Below are positions 39,366-49,994 of a stretch of 64,000 bases of DNA, in pieces. The stretch spans positions 1,309,297 to 1,373,296 of the forward strand of contig CAWHDJ010000018.1 of NCBI GenBank assembly GCA_963827955.1, written 5' to 3'. Below the pieces are notes generated by a model. That model was not told where the DNA came from, made no database searches, and was given only the letters and a program-made list of their open reading frames with translations. Source of the DNA: an uncultured delta proteobacterium (GTDB lineage Bacteria; Myxococcota_A; Polyangia; Polyangiales; Polyangiaceae). A program made the position numbers and the translations under genes. How positions within the stretch are numbered: position 1 is the stretch's first letter; each line of letters opens with the position of its first letter.

Positions 39366-40583
39366 TCAGTGAACGCAGATTCGCTCGATGACGGCCTTCG
39401 CGTACGCCCTCGAGCACTTGCCGAGCCCGGGACCCCCGGCCGCAAAGCCCGCGGCCACCGAGAACATCCCGCCGGACACCACCGCTGCGTAGCAGGCAGG
39501 AAAGGCCGCGCAAACCCCGAAGAACGCGAGACCTTCACTCGCGCAGAACGTCTCCCCCCATTCGTATGCCGCCTCGCTGCACTCGGGGTTCTTCCCGTCG
39601 TGCCAGACGTTGTGGTGGATGTACTCCCTCATCGAATCCCAGGCCGCGCCAGTACTCTTTCCGATCCAGTTGCTGGTCTTGGCAATCCACTTGATGCCCG
39701 GGGTCGCCGACTGGAAGTCGATGCAGTTGGCCTTGTAGGCGAAGTAGACGCTGCCCTCGCAGCGGATGAGCTCCTTCTCTTCCCCAGGGTCCGGCGTATA
39801 GCTCGCATCCTCTGGGCGCCCCGGCGGGAAGGACCCGTGCGACAAGTCGTCGGGGTAGACGCCGTTCTGCGCGAGGTGCTCGCACCCCGGTGGGGCCGGC
39901 GGAAGCGGCGGGGGCGACGTGTAATCGGGCTCGGGCGGGGGAGGGTGGGGAGGGGTTGGTTCCGTACCGCCACCCGTCGGGTGTCCGCCACCGCTCGGTG
40001 CCGGTCCCTGATGGTCATCGCCCGGGAGCGGCGGGGGAGGAGGGATCGTGGGCCCGCCGCCACCGTCCTCGAAGGTGGTGAGGCGGCGATACGCGGAGAG
40101 TGAGCGCGGCAGCAGCACCGGGTGCTCTTCCAGGTCCACGATCGCCATCTGGATCCCGACCCAATCGAGCGGGGTGAGCTTCATTTCGCTGCTCAGCCGC
40201 TCGAAGAACCGGTCCCCGTACAGCCATGCCTGGCGATAGAAGAGCGGGAAGCGGGTGTCCGGCAGGCCGTGCTCTCCCTGGCGGACGAGCACGATGTACG
40301 CGTGCTCGTCCACGAGGTCCGGGCGCGCCGAGGCGGCCCCATAGCGCGCGTGGTGGCCTTTGGGGGCAGCGATGTACGCCTTCCACGTGGGAACCCCAGG
40401 GATGTCCAGCGTCGGTTCCGTCGGCTCCGGTTCGAACGGCGGGATGGTGCCCGGGGCCACCACGGTCGTCGGGACCGTTGCGACCACCGCCTCCGGCGAT
40501 GCGCCGACCTCTTCGGGCGCGCTCACCTCCGCGGCGCAGGAGGTGAGCGCCAGCATCACCACGGTGCTCGCGAGCCGCTTCAT
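39366..40583 (-). CDS. lipoprotein with Pro-rich linker and C-terminal Cys-rich domain
   Basis: ATG at 40583 (MKRLASTVVMLALTSCAAEV lipobox). A PPPPLP/PPHPPPPEP linker precedes a 10-Cys C-terminal domain. Confidence 0.55.
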   Translation of the reverse strand: MKRLASTVVMLALTSCAAEVSAPEEVGASPEAVVATVPTTVVAPGTIPPFEPEPTEPTLDIPGVPTWKAYIAAPKGHHARYGAASARPDLVDEHAYIVLVRQGEHGLPDTRFPLFYRQAWLYGDRFFERLSSEMKLTPLDWVGIQMAIVDLEEHPVLLPRSLSAYRRLTTFEDGGGGPTIPPPPPLPGDDHQGPAPSGGGHPTGGGTEPTPPHPPPPEPDYTSPPPLPPAPPGCEHLAQNGVYPDDLSHGSFPPGRPEDASYTPDPGEEKELIRCEGSVYFAYKANCIDFQSATPGIKWIAKTSNWIGKSTGAAWDSMREYIHHNVWHDGKNPECSEAAYEWGETFCASEGLAFFGVCAAFPACYAAVVSGGMFSVAAGFAAGGPGLGKCSRAYAKAVIERICVH

Positions 40584-40895
40584 CCCGGCGCGTGCTAGAC
40601 GCGAAGCGCGAGGCGTCAAGGCTGGGTAGGTGGCTCGCGTGAGGCACGCGCAGTCCTGACCGCGTGCGCCAGGGATTACGCTTCATCCAGCGTCGCGTGG
40701 AACCGGGGCGAGCTGTCCAACCTCGGTGGGGTTGCTGCGCCGTTTCTCGGAACCGTCGCGCGCGAGCCCGCCATCTGCGGTCATCGACCGGAGGATGTGG
40801 CCCGGGCCGCGGCTCCAGCACCTCGCGTTGACGCGCAAGGCGCGCTCCTCTAGCCCTTGTAACCCTGGGGGTCTGCCCCGGAGGAGCGGCCGCGC

Positions 40896-43819
40896 ATGGA
40901 GACGAATCGACCGTACGACGACTTCGAAGAGTTTGCGGGCCTCCAGACCGTGCTCGAGCTCGAATCGCATCCGCTGGGAGGAGGTCCCTCCGTGGATCAA
41001 GGATCCGGGCTTGCTCGACCCGGAGGTGGCCTTCAAGGACGGCTTCGTCGAGCCGCTCGCGTACGAGTACCACCCCGCGCTCCTCTCGCCCGTGAAGGAC
41101 TGGGAGAAAGAGACGCTGAAGCTCCAGACCGGCGCAAGCGTGGTCGAGTTCGCGCCCGACGGGGCCTTCACGCCGAATCGAGCCGCCGCCCGGGATCTAC
41201 TGCGTCGTGAACGGGACCTTCAAGCTCGTGGTCACCCACGCGGGGCGCCGGCGGGTGGTGTCCGCGTGCGGCAGAGGGTGCCTGCTCGGGCTGCCGCGCC
41301 TCCTGCGCATGTACCACGCCAGGCTCGGGGTCGACGCGCCCTGGCCCAGGGACACGCGGGTGGAGGCCGTGGCGCTCGGAGGGACGCCCCCGAGCTCCGC
41401 TTCATGCCGCTGGAGAGCGCGTTCTACTTGATGAAGACGCGGCGCGATTTCCGCCGCTTCGTCGCCAACAACGTGGCGGTCCGCTTCGTCCACCACCGCC
41501 GCATCATGGAGGTCGTCCGCAGGAACTACGTCCTCCGCTACCTCCCTCCCGAGAGCCTCGAGTACGTGCTCCAGTTCGGCGCGCTCCGTCGCTTCGACGT
41601 CCTCTCGGAGTCGGACGGCGAGGCGCTCTCGCAGAACGTGCGCTACCTCGCGGCCGGCAGGCGCGCGAACCGGGGAGCCTCTGATCCTGGCGGGCCAGGC
41701 GAGCACGCACTTCCCGCGCCCCGAGCCGGAGAAGGACGGCTTGCGCGCCGATGCTCCGGGCCCGTTCGTCGGCGCGGGGTTGCCCGGCCAGCTCGTTGGC
41801 TACGAGAACATCATCACCGACACGGAGCCCACGCGCCGCACCGACATCTACATCACGCAGGGCACGGAGTTCCTCGAGTTCTGCTGGTACGTCATGAAGG
41901 TGGTGGAGAACGGATCGCTGCTCGCGTTCAACCGGGGCTTCCAGGTCATGGCCGGAGAGACGGAGGCCGAGCCCATCGCGCCGGTGGTCAGCTTCCAGGC
42001 CGCGCACCCCGGCCTCAACGTCGTCACGCTGGCCTACGGCGCCGCGGCGTCGCTGGCGCACGACGCGGGGGGCAGCGTCGTCGTCATCGACCTCCAGGGG
42101 ACGGAGAGCTTCATGCGGGCGATCGAGGCCCCCGAGCCCATCAAGGACATCGAGATGCCCGAGCCCGCCGACCCCAACCCTGTCTCCGAGCTCCTCGCGC
42201 GCTGGAACACGACGCTGATGCCGGTCCCCATCGACCAGCGCACGGGGGGCGTCCCCCAGCTCGTGGTCCGCTGGCCCAAGGCGGGGGAGGGCGCGCGCCT
42301 GACGGTCGAGGACGTCCTGCAGACGATCGAGCTGGAGCGCATGGGAAATGGCCCGCGCAGGATCGTGGTCGTCCACGACCCCGCGCCCGGGGACGACCCG
42401 ACGTTCGCCCACGATCTGGCCGAGCGCCTCAACCTCCAGAGCGAGGCCGTCTTCTACGTGGGCGACGACTCCGACGCCAAGTACCACCTCAGCGAGGAGG
42501 AGCCGGACACGCTGACCTGGGTGTTCCGGATGAACCGCGCCTACGTCGAGCGGGAGCGCAAGCACACGGAGAAGCTCGAGGGGGACACGGTCGACAGGCA
42601 CTACACGACGCGCCGGGTCGTCCGCATCCCGGAGGCGCGCAACGATCTCCTCGACGTGCGCACGGAGGAGATCCGCGCGGAGGTCGACGGCATCGACCCC
42701 AGGAACGTGGATCCCTCCCGCATGGCGCGGGCGTTCCAGCCCGAGGTGATCAAGCGGTCACCGCTCGCCCGCGCGTTCCACCGCCTCGCCCGCGTCGTGG
42801 AGCGGCGCACGGTGGGCGTGGCCCTGAGCGGCGGGGGGGCCTGGGGGTTCTGCCACATCCCGCTGCTCATGAAGCTCGAGGCCGAGGGGGTCCCCGTCGA
42901 CTTCGTGACCGGCACGTCGTTCGGCTCCGTGATCGGCGCGATCTACACCGCCGGCGGCACGGCCGCCCTCAAGGCGTTCATCGAGGAGAACTGCATGAAG
43001 CCGGGGGAGTGGCAAGCGGCCCGCCTCACGGGCTCCATCCGCGGCGTGCTCGACAGCGAGCTCACGACGACCATCCTGGGCCTCACCCCAATCGACTCCA
43101 GGTTCCTCGAGCGCTTCATCAACCGAGAGGCGCAGCGCTACGGCACCGGCGGCCCGCCGCTCCTCATGACCACCGAGATCCCCTTCTACCCGGTCGGCAC
43201 CGACCTCGACGGGCTGCACGAGTTCTTCGACGTCCGGAAGAGCCTGGGATGGGGCGTGCGCATGTCGGGCGCCATGCCCCCCATCTATCCCCCGGTGGAG
43301 GTCTCCGTGACGGGGAAGGGCAAGTCGCCTCCCCCTCCGCTGACCGACCCCAGGTACGAGTTCACCTTCCGCGCGAACCCGCCGCGGGCGCGGGACGAGC
43401 ACCACGTCGTCGACGGCGCGTTCATCGCCAACGTCCCTTCCCGCGTCGCGCGCAGCGTCGGCGCAGACTTCGTGATCGCCGCCAACGTCATCCCGCCCAC
43501 CCCGGAGGAGGCGCCGCGCATGGGCGGTATCCTGGGCATGTTCCAGGCGATGTTCGAGACCTTCACGCCGACGGGGCTGCTCCGCCGCGCCGACAATCTG
43601 AACCGCGGCACCTTCCTCCAGACCTGGAAGGGCGGTGACGACCAGGGCCGCATCTGGGCGGAGTACCGGGTGACCCTCCAGCCCCAGGGCTTCCAGTTCT
43701 ACGAGATGTGGCGCGGGCAGGACATCTGCGAGCAGATGGGACACCGAATCGACGTCTACGGCATCCGCGACCTGCGCGAGCGGTGGGAGGCCCTCTCTCC
43801 GGCCCGCCGGGGAGGTTGA
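40896..43819 (+). CDS. cNMP-binding-domain / patatin-like phospholipase (NTE-like; several apparent frameshifts in N-terminal third)
   Basis: The N-terminus (METNRPYDDFEEFAGLQTVLE...) and a cNMP-binding-like segment (FAPDGAFTPNRAA..NGTFKLVVTHAGRRRVVSACGRGCLLG...) are spread over three frames. The patatin domain is intact in ORF 41741..43819: GVALSGGGAWGFCHIPLL, GTSFGSVIGAIY (GxSxG) and VVDGAFIANVP (catalytic Asp). Confidence 0.6.
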
Positions 43820-43844
43820 GCGCGCCCGGAGGCGGCGCCTCGCG

Positions 43845-44937
43845 GTGGTCTCCTCCGTGGTGGCGGAACGCGCCGCCGCCCGGAGCATCGAAGACAGGGC
43901 GATCCCCCGGCGGATCGACGTCGTGGAACAGCGAACCGTCCTCATCTCCGGCGCGAGCATCGCCGGCCCGGCGCTCGCCTTCTGGCTGAAGCGCCACGGC
44001 TTTCGCCCCGTCGTCGTCGAACGCGCCGACGCGCTCCGTCGTGGCGGGCAGAACATCGATGTCCGCGGCGCCGCACGGACGGTCGCGCGGCGCATGGGGA
44101 TCGAGGACGAAATCCGCGCCGCCACGACGGGAGAGAAGGGAGTCCGCTTCGTCGACGGCCGCGGCCTGACGAAGGTCGAGCTCCCCGCGGGGACGTCGGA
44201 CTCGGGCGGCCTGACCGCCGAGGCTCGAGATCCTCCGGGGTGACCTCGCCGGCATCCTCTACAATCGCACCCGGGGCGACGTCGAGTACGTCTTCGGCGA
44301 CTCGATCACCGGCCTCCGCGACGGCGAGGACCGGATCACCGTCTCCTTCGAGCACGGCGCCGAGCGCGATTTCGACCTCGTGATCGCGGCCGACGGCATC
44401 CGGTCACGAACCCGTTCCCTCATCGTGGGCGACGAGCCCGAGATCCGTCATCTCGGCCTCTACATGGCCTACTTCACCATCCCCCGCGGCGCGTCCGACG
44501 GCGACTGGGCCCGCTGGTACAACGCGCCGGGAGGGCGCGCGATCCTCCTGCGCCCCGACAACGTGGGCACCACCCGGGCGGTCCTGTCGTTCCGGTCGCC
44601 GCCGCGAGGTCACGAGAGCGCGAGCACGGACGAGCAGAAGGCGCTCCTCCGCCGTACCTTCGCGGACGCCGGATGGGAGGCACCGCGGGTGCTCGCCGGC
44701 CTTTCGGGCTCGACGGACATGTACTTCGAGTCGATCGGCCAGGTCCGCGGCCCGCGGTGGTCGCACGGCCGCGGCGCGCTCGTCGGCGACGCGGGCTACT
44801 GTGCGTCGCCGATCAGCGGGATGAGCACGAGCCTCGCGCTCGTCGGCGCCTACGTGCTCGCCGGCGACCTGGGAGCGGCTCGCCTTCGGGGGCCCTCCCC
44901 GGAGCGGGTGTGGTACCGTCAGGGCACTTATGAAGAC
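43845..44937 (+). CDS. FAD-dependent aromatic-ring monooxygenase (apparent frameshifts ~44230 and ~44900)
   Basis: FAD-binding VLISGASIAGPALAFWL (ORF 43845..44243); middle LVIAADGIRSRTR; GDAGYCASPISGMSTSLAL (ORF 44380..). The likely stop overlaps the next gene's ATG (ATGA). Confidence 0.6.
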
Positions 44938-45457
44938 ACGCTTGAGAGGCCGGCTCATCGTCCCGGCAACGCTGGCAGTGACGGTGATCGCCTGCTCGTC
45001 GACGCCCACGCACGACAACAACGGCGGAAGCAACAGCGGGACGGGCGCAGGCTCCACGAGCAGCCACGGCACGGGCGCCGGTTCCACCACCAGCGCCGGC
45101 ACGGGCGCCGGTTCCACCAGCGGCACGGGCGCCGGTTCCACCAGCGGCATGGGCGGAGGTTCCACCGGCGGCACGGGCGCAGGGGCCACCGGCGGCTTCG
45201 GCGGAGGTTTCACCAGCGGTCCCGGCGTGACCGTGGGCCCGACCAGCACCGGAGCCGGAGTCGGTGGAGGGGAGCCCTGCCAGCCGGTGCCCATCGCGGA
45301 CGCGGGGGTCCTCACCTACGAGTGCGCGGACGGGCGCATGTGCGGCCCGCCCGACCCCAGCATGATCGACGGCGGCGTCTACCAGGTCTGCCCGGGTTAC
45401 ATGGAATGCGCGACCCTCGTCAGCTACGACGGCGGCGCGATGCTGGGCTACTGTTGA
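44930..45457 (+). CDS. small lipoprotein, Gly/Ser/Thr-rich with C-terminal 6-Cys domain
   Basis: MKTRLRGRLIVPATLAVTVIACSS lipobox; (GTGAGSTS)n linker; a C-terminal domain with 6 Cys. Confidence 0.55.
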   Translation: MKTRLRGRLIVPATLAVTVIACSSTPTHDNNGGSNSGTGAGSTSSHGTGAGSTTSAGTGAGSTSGTGAGSTSGMGGGSTGGTGAGATGGFGGGFTSGPGVTVGPTSTGAGVGGGEPCQPVPIADAGVLTYECADGRMCGPPDPSMIDGGVYQVCPGYMECATLVSYDGGAMLGYC

Positions 45458-45498
45458 TGATCGCGATGTAGCCCCGGGCGGGCTACGAGATGGCGAGC

Positions 45499-46272
45499 TC
45501 ACCCCCCTCGCGCGATGGCCTCCACGTTCGCCACCACGCTCTCCACCTCCGCATCCGACGTATCCACCGTATGGTGCGCCTGCCGGTACAGCCCCTCGCG
45601 CTCCCGGAGGAGCTGCCGCAGCCGCTTCATCGCGAGCGGGTCGTTCTCCATCGGCCGGTGGTCGCCCTGGGCCACCACGCGCTCCCAGTGAACCTCGGGC
45701 CGCGCCTTCAGCCAAACGGTCGTCGCGTTCCGGCGTAGCAGGTCCCACGTAGCGGCCTCGGCCACGATGCCGCCGCCCGTGGCGATCACGACGCGCGGCG
45801 TGCCATCGAGGATCTTGGCGAGCGCCTCGCGCTCGAGGCGCCGGTAGTACGTCTCGCCGTGCAGCTCCCAGATCTCGGCGAGCGAGAGGCCGGCCGCCTC
45901 CTCGATCCGGGCGTCGAGCTCGACGAACGTGCGGCCGAGGCGCTCGGCGACCGCGCGGCCGACCGTGCTCTTGCCCGCGCCGCGCAGCCCGAGCAGCGCG
46001 AGGACCTCGTTCGGCGGCGCGAGGAGCGCGACGGGCGTTGTCTCGAGCGCGCCCGCGATCTCGAACAGGCTCCGCAGCGAGGGGTTGCCCTGCCCGCTCT
46101 CGACGTGCGTGAGGAACCGCTCCGAGAGCCCCGCGCGCTCCGCGAGCTCCCGCCGGCTCCAGCCGAGCTCGTGCCGGCGTGCCCGGACGCGGCTCCCGAC
46201 CCGCGCGAGGAGCTCGTCGGCTCGTCCGGAGAGGCTCGGGGTGGACGTCACGGAAGGCACTATAGTGCGCAT
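45499..46272 (-). CDS. BzdR/BoxR-type regulator: XRE-family HTH fused to shikimate-kinase-like domain
   Basis: ATG at 46272. HTH RVRARRHELGWSRRELAERAGLSERFLTHVESGQ; P-loop LGLRGAGKSTVGRAVAERLG and an AroK-like fold. Divergent from boxC, 40 bp away. Confidence 0.7.
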   Translation of the reverse strand: MRTIVPSVTSTPSLSGRADELLARVGSRVRARRHELGWSRRELAERAGLSERFLTHVESGQGNPSLRSLFEIAGALETTPVALLAPPNEVLALLGLRGAGKSTVGRAVAERLGRTFVELDARIEEAAGLSLAEIWELHGETYYRRLEREALAKILDGTPRVVIATGGGIVAEAATWDLLRRNATTVWLKARPEVHWERVVAQGDHRPMENDPLAMKRLRQLLREREGLYRQAHHTVDTSDAEVESVVANVEAIARGG

Positions 46273-46311
46273 CTCGCCGCCGAGGCAACCCGACGATAGG
46301 AACTTTAGTGC

Positions 46312-48011
46312 TTGACGCAGGAGCCCTCGGTCGCCAGGATGCCGGCCATGACGGACTTCGAGACGTCTCCCGACCGCTACGTGCACTGGAAGCTCTCCAC
46401 GGACGGCGCCGTCGCGCGCCTCGCGCTCGCGGTGCAGGAGGAGCGTCCCCACGTGCCGACTCACGATGGGGGCTCCGCCCCCAAACCCCCGGGCTACCGC
46501 CTCAAGCTCAACTCGTACGACCTCGGCGTCGACATCGAGCTGGCGGACGTGGTGCAGCGCCTTCGCTTCGAGCACCCGGAGGTGAAGGCGGTCGTCGTGA
46601 CGTCGGCGCTGCCGAACGTGTTCTGCGCCGGCGCGAACATCATGATGCTCTCGGCCTCGACGCACCCGTTCAAGGTCAACTTCTGCAAGTACACGAACGA
46701 CACCCGCTGCTCGATCGAGGACGCGAGCGCGCACTCGGGCCAGCGCTGGATCTGCGCGGCGAACGGCACGGCCTCGGGCGGCGGCTACGAGCTCGCGCTC
46801 GCGTGCGACGAGATCGTCCTGGTGGACGACGGCAACTCCGCGGTGTCGCTGCCCGAGGTGCCGCTCCTCGGCGTGCTGCCGGGCACGGGGGGGCTGACGC
46901 GCCTCGTCGACAAGCGCAAGGTCCGGCGCGATCTCGCGGACGTGTTCTCGACGCTGGCCGAGGGCTGCAAGGCGAAGAAGGCCCTGGAGTGGAAGCTCGT
47001 GGACGCGGTGTTCTCGCGCTCGAAGTTCGAGGCTGGCGTGAACGAGCGCGCCGCGAAGGCGGCGGCGAGGCCGTCGAAGAAGGAGGGGGCGAAGGGCATC
47101 CGGCTGCTCCCGCTCGCGCCGGCCGTCTCGGACTCGAAGATCGAGTACCGGCACGTCACGCTGGAGCTCGACAGGCCCCACCGCCTCGCGACGCTCACGA
47201 TCCGCGGTCCCGAGGGCGCGCCGCCCTCCTCGGCGTCGGCCGTCCACGAGCTGGGGAGCGACTTCTGGTCGCTCCGCGCGATGCGCGAGCTGGACGACGC
47301 GCTCTGCCACCTCCGCTTCGACTGCCCCGAGATCGGCCTCGTGCTGATCAAGACGGTCGGCGACACCGGCAACATGCTGGCGTGGAGCGATTTTCCGGCG
47401 GCGCACCGCGACGACTGGCTGGTGAACGAGATCGTGCTCCACACGGCGCGCACGCTCCGTCGCCTCGACGGGATGGCGAAGAGCCTCTTCGCCGTCGTCG
47501 AGCCGGGGAGCTGCTTCGCGGGCGAGCCTTCGAGGTCGCGCTCGCGTGCGACCGCATCTACATGCTGAACGACGCGAGCCGCCCGGTCACGGTCGCCATC
47601 GGCAAGCTCGGCGCGGGCACGCTCCCGATGCAGAACGGCCTCTCGCGCCTCGCGTCGCGGTTCCTGGGCGACCCCGGGCGCGCGGCGCGGCTCATGGACG
47701 AGCGGGGCACGTTCGACGCCGAGGCCGCGGTGGAGGCAGGGCTCGTGACGGTCGCCCCCGACGAGATCGACTGGGAGGACGACCTGCGGCTCGCCATCGA
47801 GGAGCGCGTCTCCCTCTCCCCCGACGCGCTCACGGGCATGGAGGCGTCGCTGCGCTTCGGGGGGCCGGAGACGACGGACAGCAAGATCTACGGGCGGCTC
47901 ACCGCCTGGCAGAACTGGATTTTCACGCGCCCCAACGCCACCGGCGAGAGCGGCGCGCTCAAGCTCTTCGGGCAGCCGGAGCGCCCCAAGTTCGACTGGA
48001 GGAGGACCTGA
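46312..48011 (+). CDS. boxC: benzoyl-CoA-dihydrodiol lyase (2,3-epoxybenzoyl-CoA dihydrolase), crotonase superfamily (apparent frameshift near 47520)
   Basis: The N-terminal 400 aa are in ORF 46312..47568 (FETSPDRYVHWKL...). The C-terminus is in ORF 46308..48011 (...IYGRLTAWQNWIFTRPNATGESGALKLFGQPERPKFDWRRT*). Confidence 0.75.
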
Positions 48012-48013
48012 CC

Positions 48014-49426
48014 ATGGCCATCGACCTTCAAGCCAAGATCCCGAACAACGTCGACCTGGCGAACGATCCCAAGCTCCAGCGCGCGCTCGAGCACTGGCAG
48101 CCCAAGTACATCGACTGGTGGATGGACATGGGCCCGAGCGACTTCGCGGGCAACGACATCTACCTCCGGACGGCGATCGGCGTCGGCAAGGGCGGCTGGG
48201 CGAACTTCGGGTACGTGAAGATGCCGGAGTACCGCTGGGGCATCTTCCTCGCGGAGCCGGAGCCGGAGCGGAAGATCCATTTCGGCGATCCCGTCGGGAC
48301 GCCGGCCTGGAACGTGGTCCCCGGCGAGCTGCGCCGCCTGCTCCGCCGCCTCGTCGTCACGCAGGCGGACACCGAGCCCGCGAGCGTCGAGCAGCAGCGC
48401 CTGCTCGGGCACACGGCGCCCTCGCTGATCGACCTCCGCAACCTCTTCCAGGTGAACGTGGAGGAGGGCCGGCACCTCTGGGCCATGGTGTACCTGCTCC
48501 ACAAGTACTTCGGCGCCGACGGCCGCGACGAGGCGGAGGACCTGCTCCGTCGCCGCTCCGGCAACCCCGACAACCCGCGCATCCTGCAGGCCTTCAACAA
48601 GCCCGTCGAGGACTGGCTCACGTTCTTCTGCTTCACCGCCTTCACCGACCGTGACGGCAAGTACCAGCTCGCGGCGCTCGCCGAGAGCGGCTTCGACCCG
48701 CTCGCGCGCTCCACGCAGTTCATGCTCACGGAGGAGGCGCACCACCTCTCGGTCGGCGAGAACGGCGTGGGCCGCGTCGTCGAGCGCACCGCCCAGCTCA
48801 TGAAGGAGGGGACCGACCCGCGCAAGGTCGGCGCCATCCCGCTCGACATCATCCAGAAGTACGTCAACGACTGGTCGTCCTCCAGCAACGACCTCTTCGG
48901 CGGCGAGGACTCGACCAACGCGGCCGAGGCCTTCTCCCTCGGCGTGAAGGGCCGCTACCGCGAGGGCGACGGCCTCTACAAGGACCCGAAGGCGCTCGAC
49001 CAGGTGTACACGACCCAGGTCGAGCGGGACGGCAAGCTCGGTACCGTGGAGATCCCGCTCCGCCGCGCCATGAACGCGCTCCTCCTCGACTCGTACCACG
49101 CCGACTGCGCGCGCATCGTCGACCGCTGGAACCGCACGCTCGCCAAGTACGGCGTCGACACCAAGATCACGCTGCCCAGCCTGCGCTTCAACCGCCAGCA
49201 GGGCATCCACGCGGGCAAGAGCTACAACCCCGAAGGCCAGCCCATCTCGGCCGAGGAGTTCGCGAGGCGGAAGGCCGAGTGGTTCTCGACCGACGAGGAC
49301 CGCGCCTACGTGAAGAGCTGCATGGTGAAGGTGCACGAGCGCGGCAAGTTCGCGAACTGGATCGCGCCCCCGCACGCCGGCATCAACGAGCAGCCGGTCG
49401 ACTACGAGTACGTTCAGTTCCACTAG
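48014..49426 (+). CDS. boxB: benzoyl-CoA 2,3-epoxidase (oxygenase) component B, diiron
   Basis: Intact 470-aa ORF. The N-terminus MAIDLQAKIPNNVDLANDPKLQRALEHWQPKYIDWWMDMGP is nearly identical to characterised BoxB N-termini. Confidence 0.85.
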   Translation: MAIDLQAKIPNNVDLANDPKLQRALEHWQPKYIDWWMDMGPSDFAGNDIYLRTAIGVGKGGWANFGYVKMPEYRWGIFLAEPEPERKIHFGDPVGTPAWNVVPGELRRLLRRLVVTQADTEPASVEQQRLLGHTAPSLIDLRNLFQVNVEEGRHLWAMVYLLHKYFGADGRDEAEDLLRRRSGNPDNPRILQAFNKPVEDWLTFFCFTAFTDRDGKYQLAALAESGFDPLARSTQFMLTEEAHHLSVGENGVGRVVERTAQLMKEGTDPRKVGAIPLDIIQKYVNDWSSSSNDLFGGEDSTNAAEAFSLGVKGRYREGDGLYKDPKALDQVYTTQVERDGKLGTVEIPLRRAMNALLLDSYHADCARIVDRWNRTLAKYGVDTKITLPSLRFNRQQGIHAGKSYNPEGQPISAEEFARRKAEWFSTDEDRAYVKSCMVKVHERGKFANWIAPPHAGINEQPVDYEYVQFH

Positions 49427-49482
49427 TTGACGATGGGGGGGCTCCGCCCCCCCCAAACCCCCCGAGAGGGGTTGGAGGTTCG

Positions 49483-49821
49483 ATGCAGAGCGGTAAGCGG
49501 CTCGTGTACGTCTGCGAGGGCGGCGATTGCAGCGAGAAGGGGTCCATCGACCTCCACGCCGAGCTCGGGGACATGCTCCACGAGCGTGACAAGGACGGGA
49601 CGAACCGGCTGCGGAAGTACCCGTGCTTCGGCGGCTGCGAGCACGGTATCAACGTGGTGCTCTTCCCGGACCGCGTCTTCTACAGCAAGGTCCAGAGCTC
49701 CGATCTGCCCGAGATCGTCGAGCACCTGACCGGCGACGGCGAGCCCGTGAAGCGGCTCACGGGCTGCGTGGCGAAGGACGTCGAGCAGATCGTGTGGGAT
49801 CTGCTCGACACCGGGTTCTAG
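49483..49821 (+). CDS. thioredoxin-like [2Fe-2S] ferredoxin (NuoE-like)
   Basis: ATG at 49483 preceded by ggagg. Cys ligands CEGGDC...CFGGCEHG. Confidence 0.7.
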   Translation: MQSGKRLVYVCEGGDCSEKGSIDLHAELGDMLHERDKDGTNRLRKYPCFGGCEHGINVVLFPDRVFYSKVQSSDLPEIVEHLTGDGEPVKRLTGCVAKDVEQIVWDLLDTGF

Positions 49822-49849
49822 TCCGCAACCGGATTGAGAGCCGGAATTT

Positions 49850-49950
49850 CAACGCAGAGACGCAGAGACGCAGAGACGCAAAAAGGCAAAGGAGAGAGAG
49901 CTTTGATTTTTCCGCTTTTTTGCGTCCCTGCGTCTCTGCGTCTCTGCGTT
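49850..49950. terminator. AT-rich giant hairpin (35-bp stem, one mismatch) between the NuoE-like and NuoF-like genes
   Basis: caacgcagagacgcagagacgcagagacgcaaaaa-[31-nt loop]-tttttgcgtccctgcgtctctgcgtctctgcgttg. It contains a (cagagacg)x3 internal repeat. Local GC is far below the ~70% background. Confidence 0.4.
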
Positions 49951-49994
49951 GAAAATTCTTCGTCTCCAAACCGCTCGGTGCTCCAGGGATCGTC

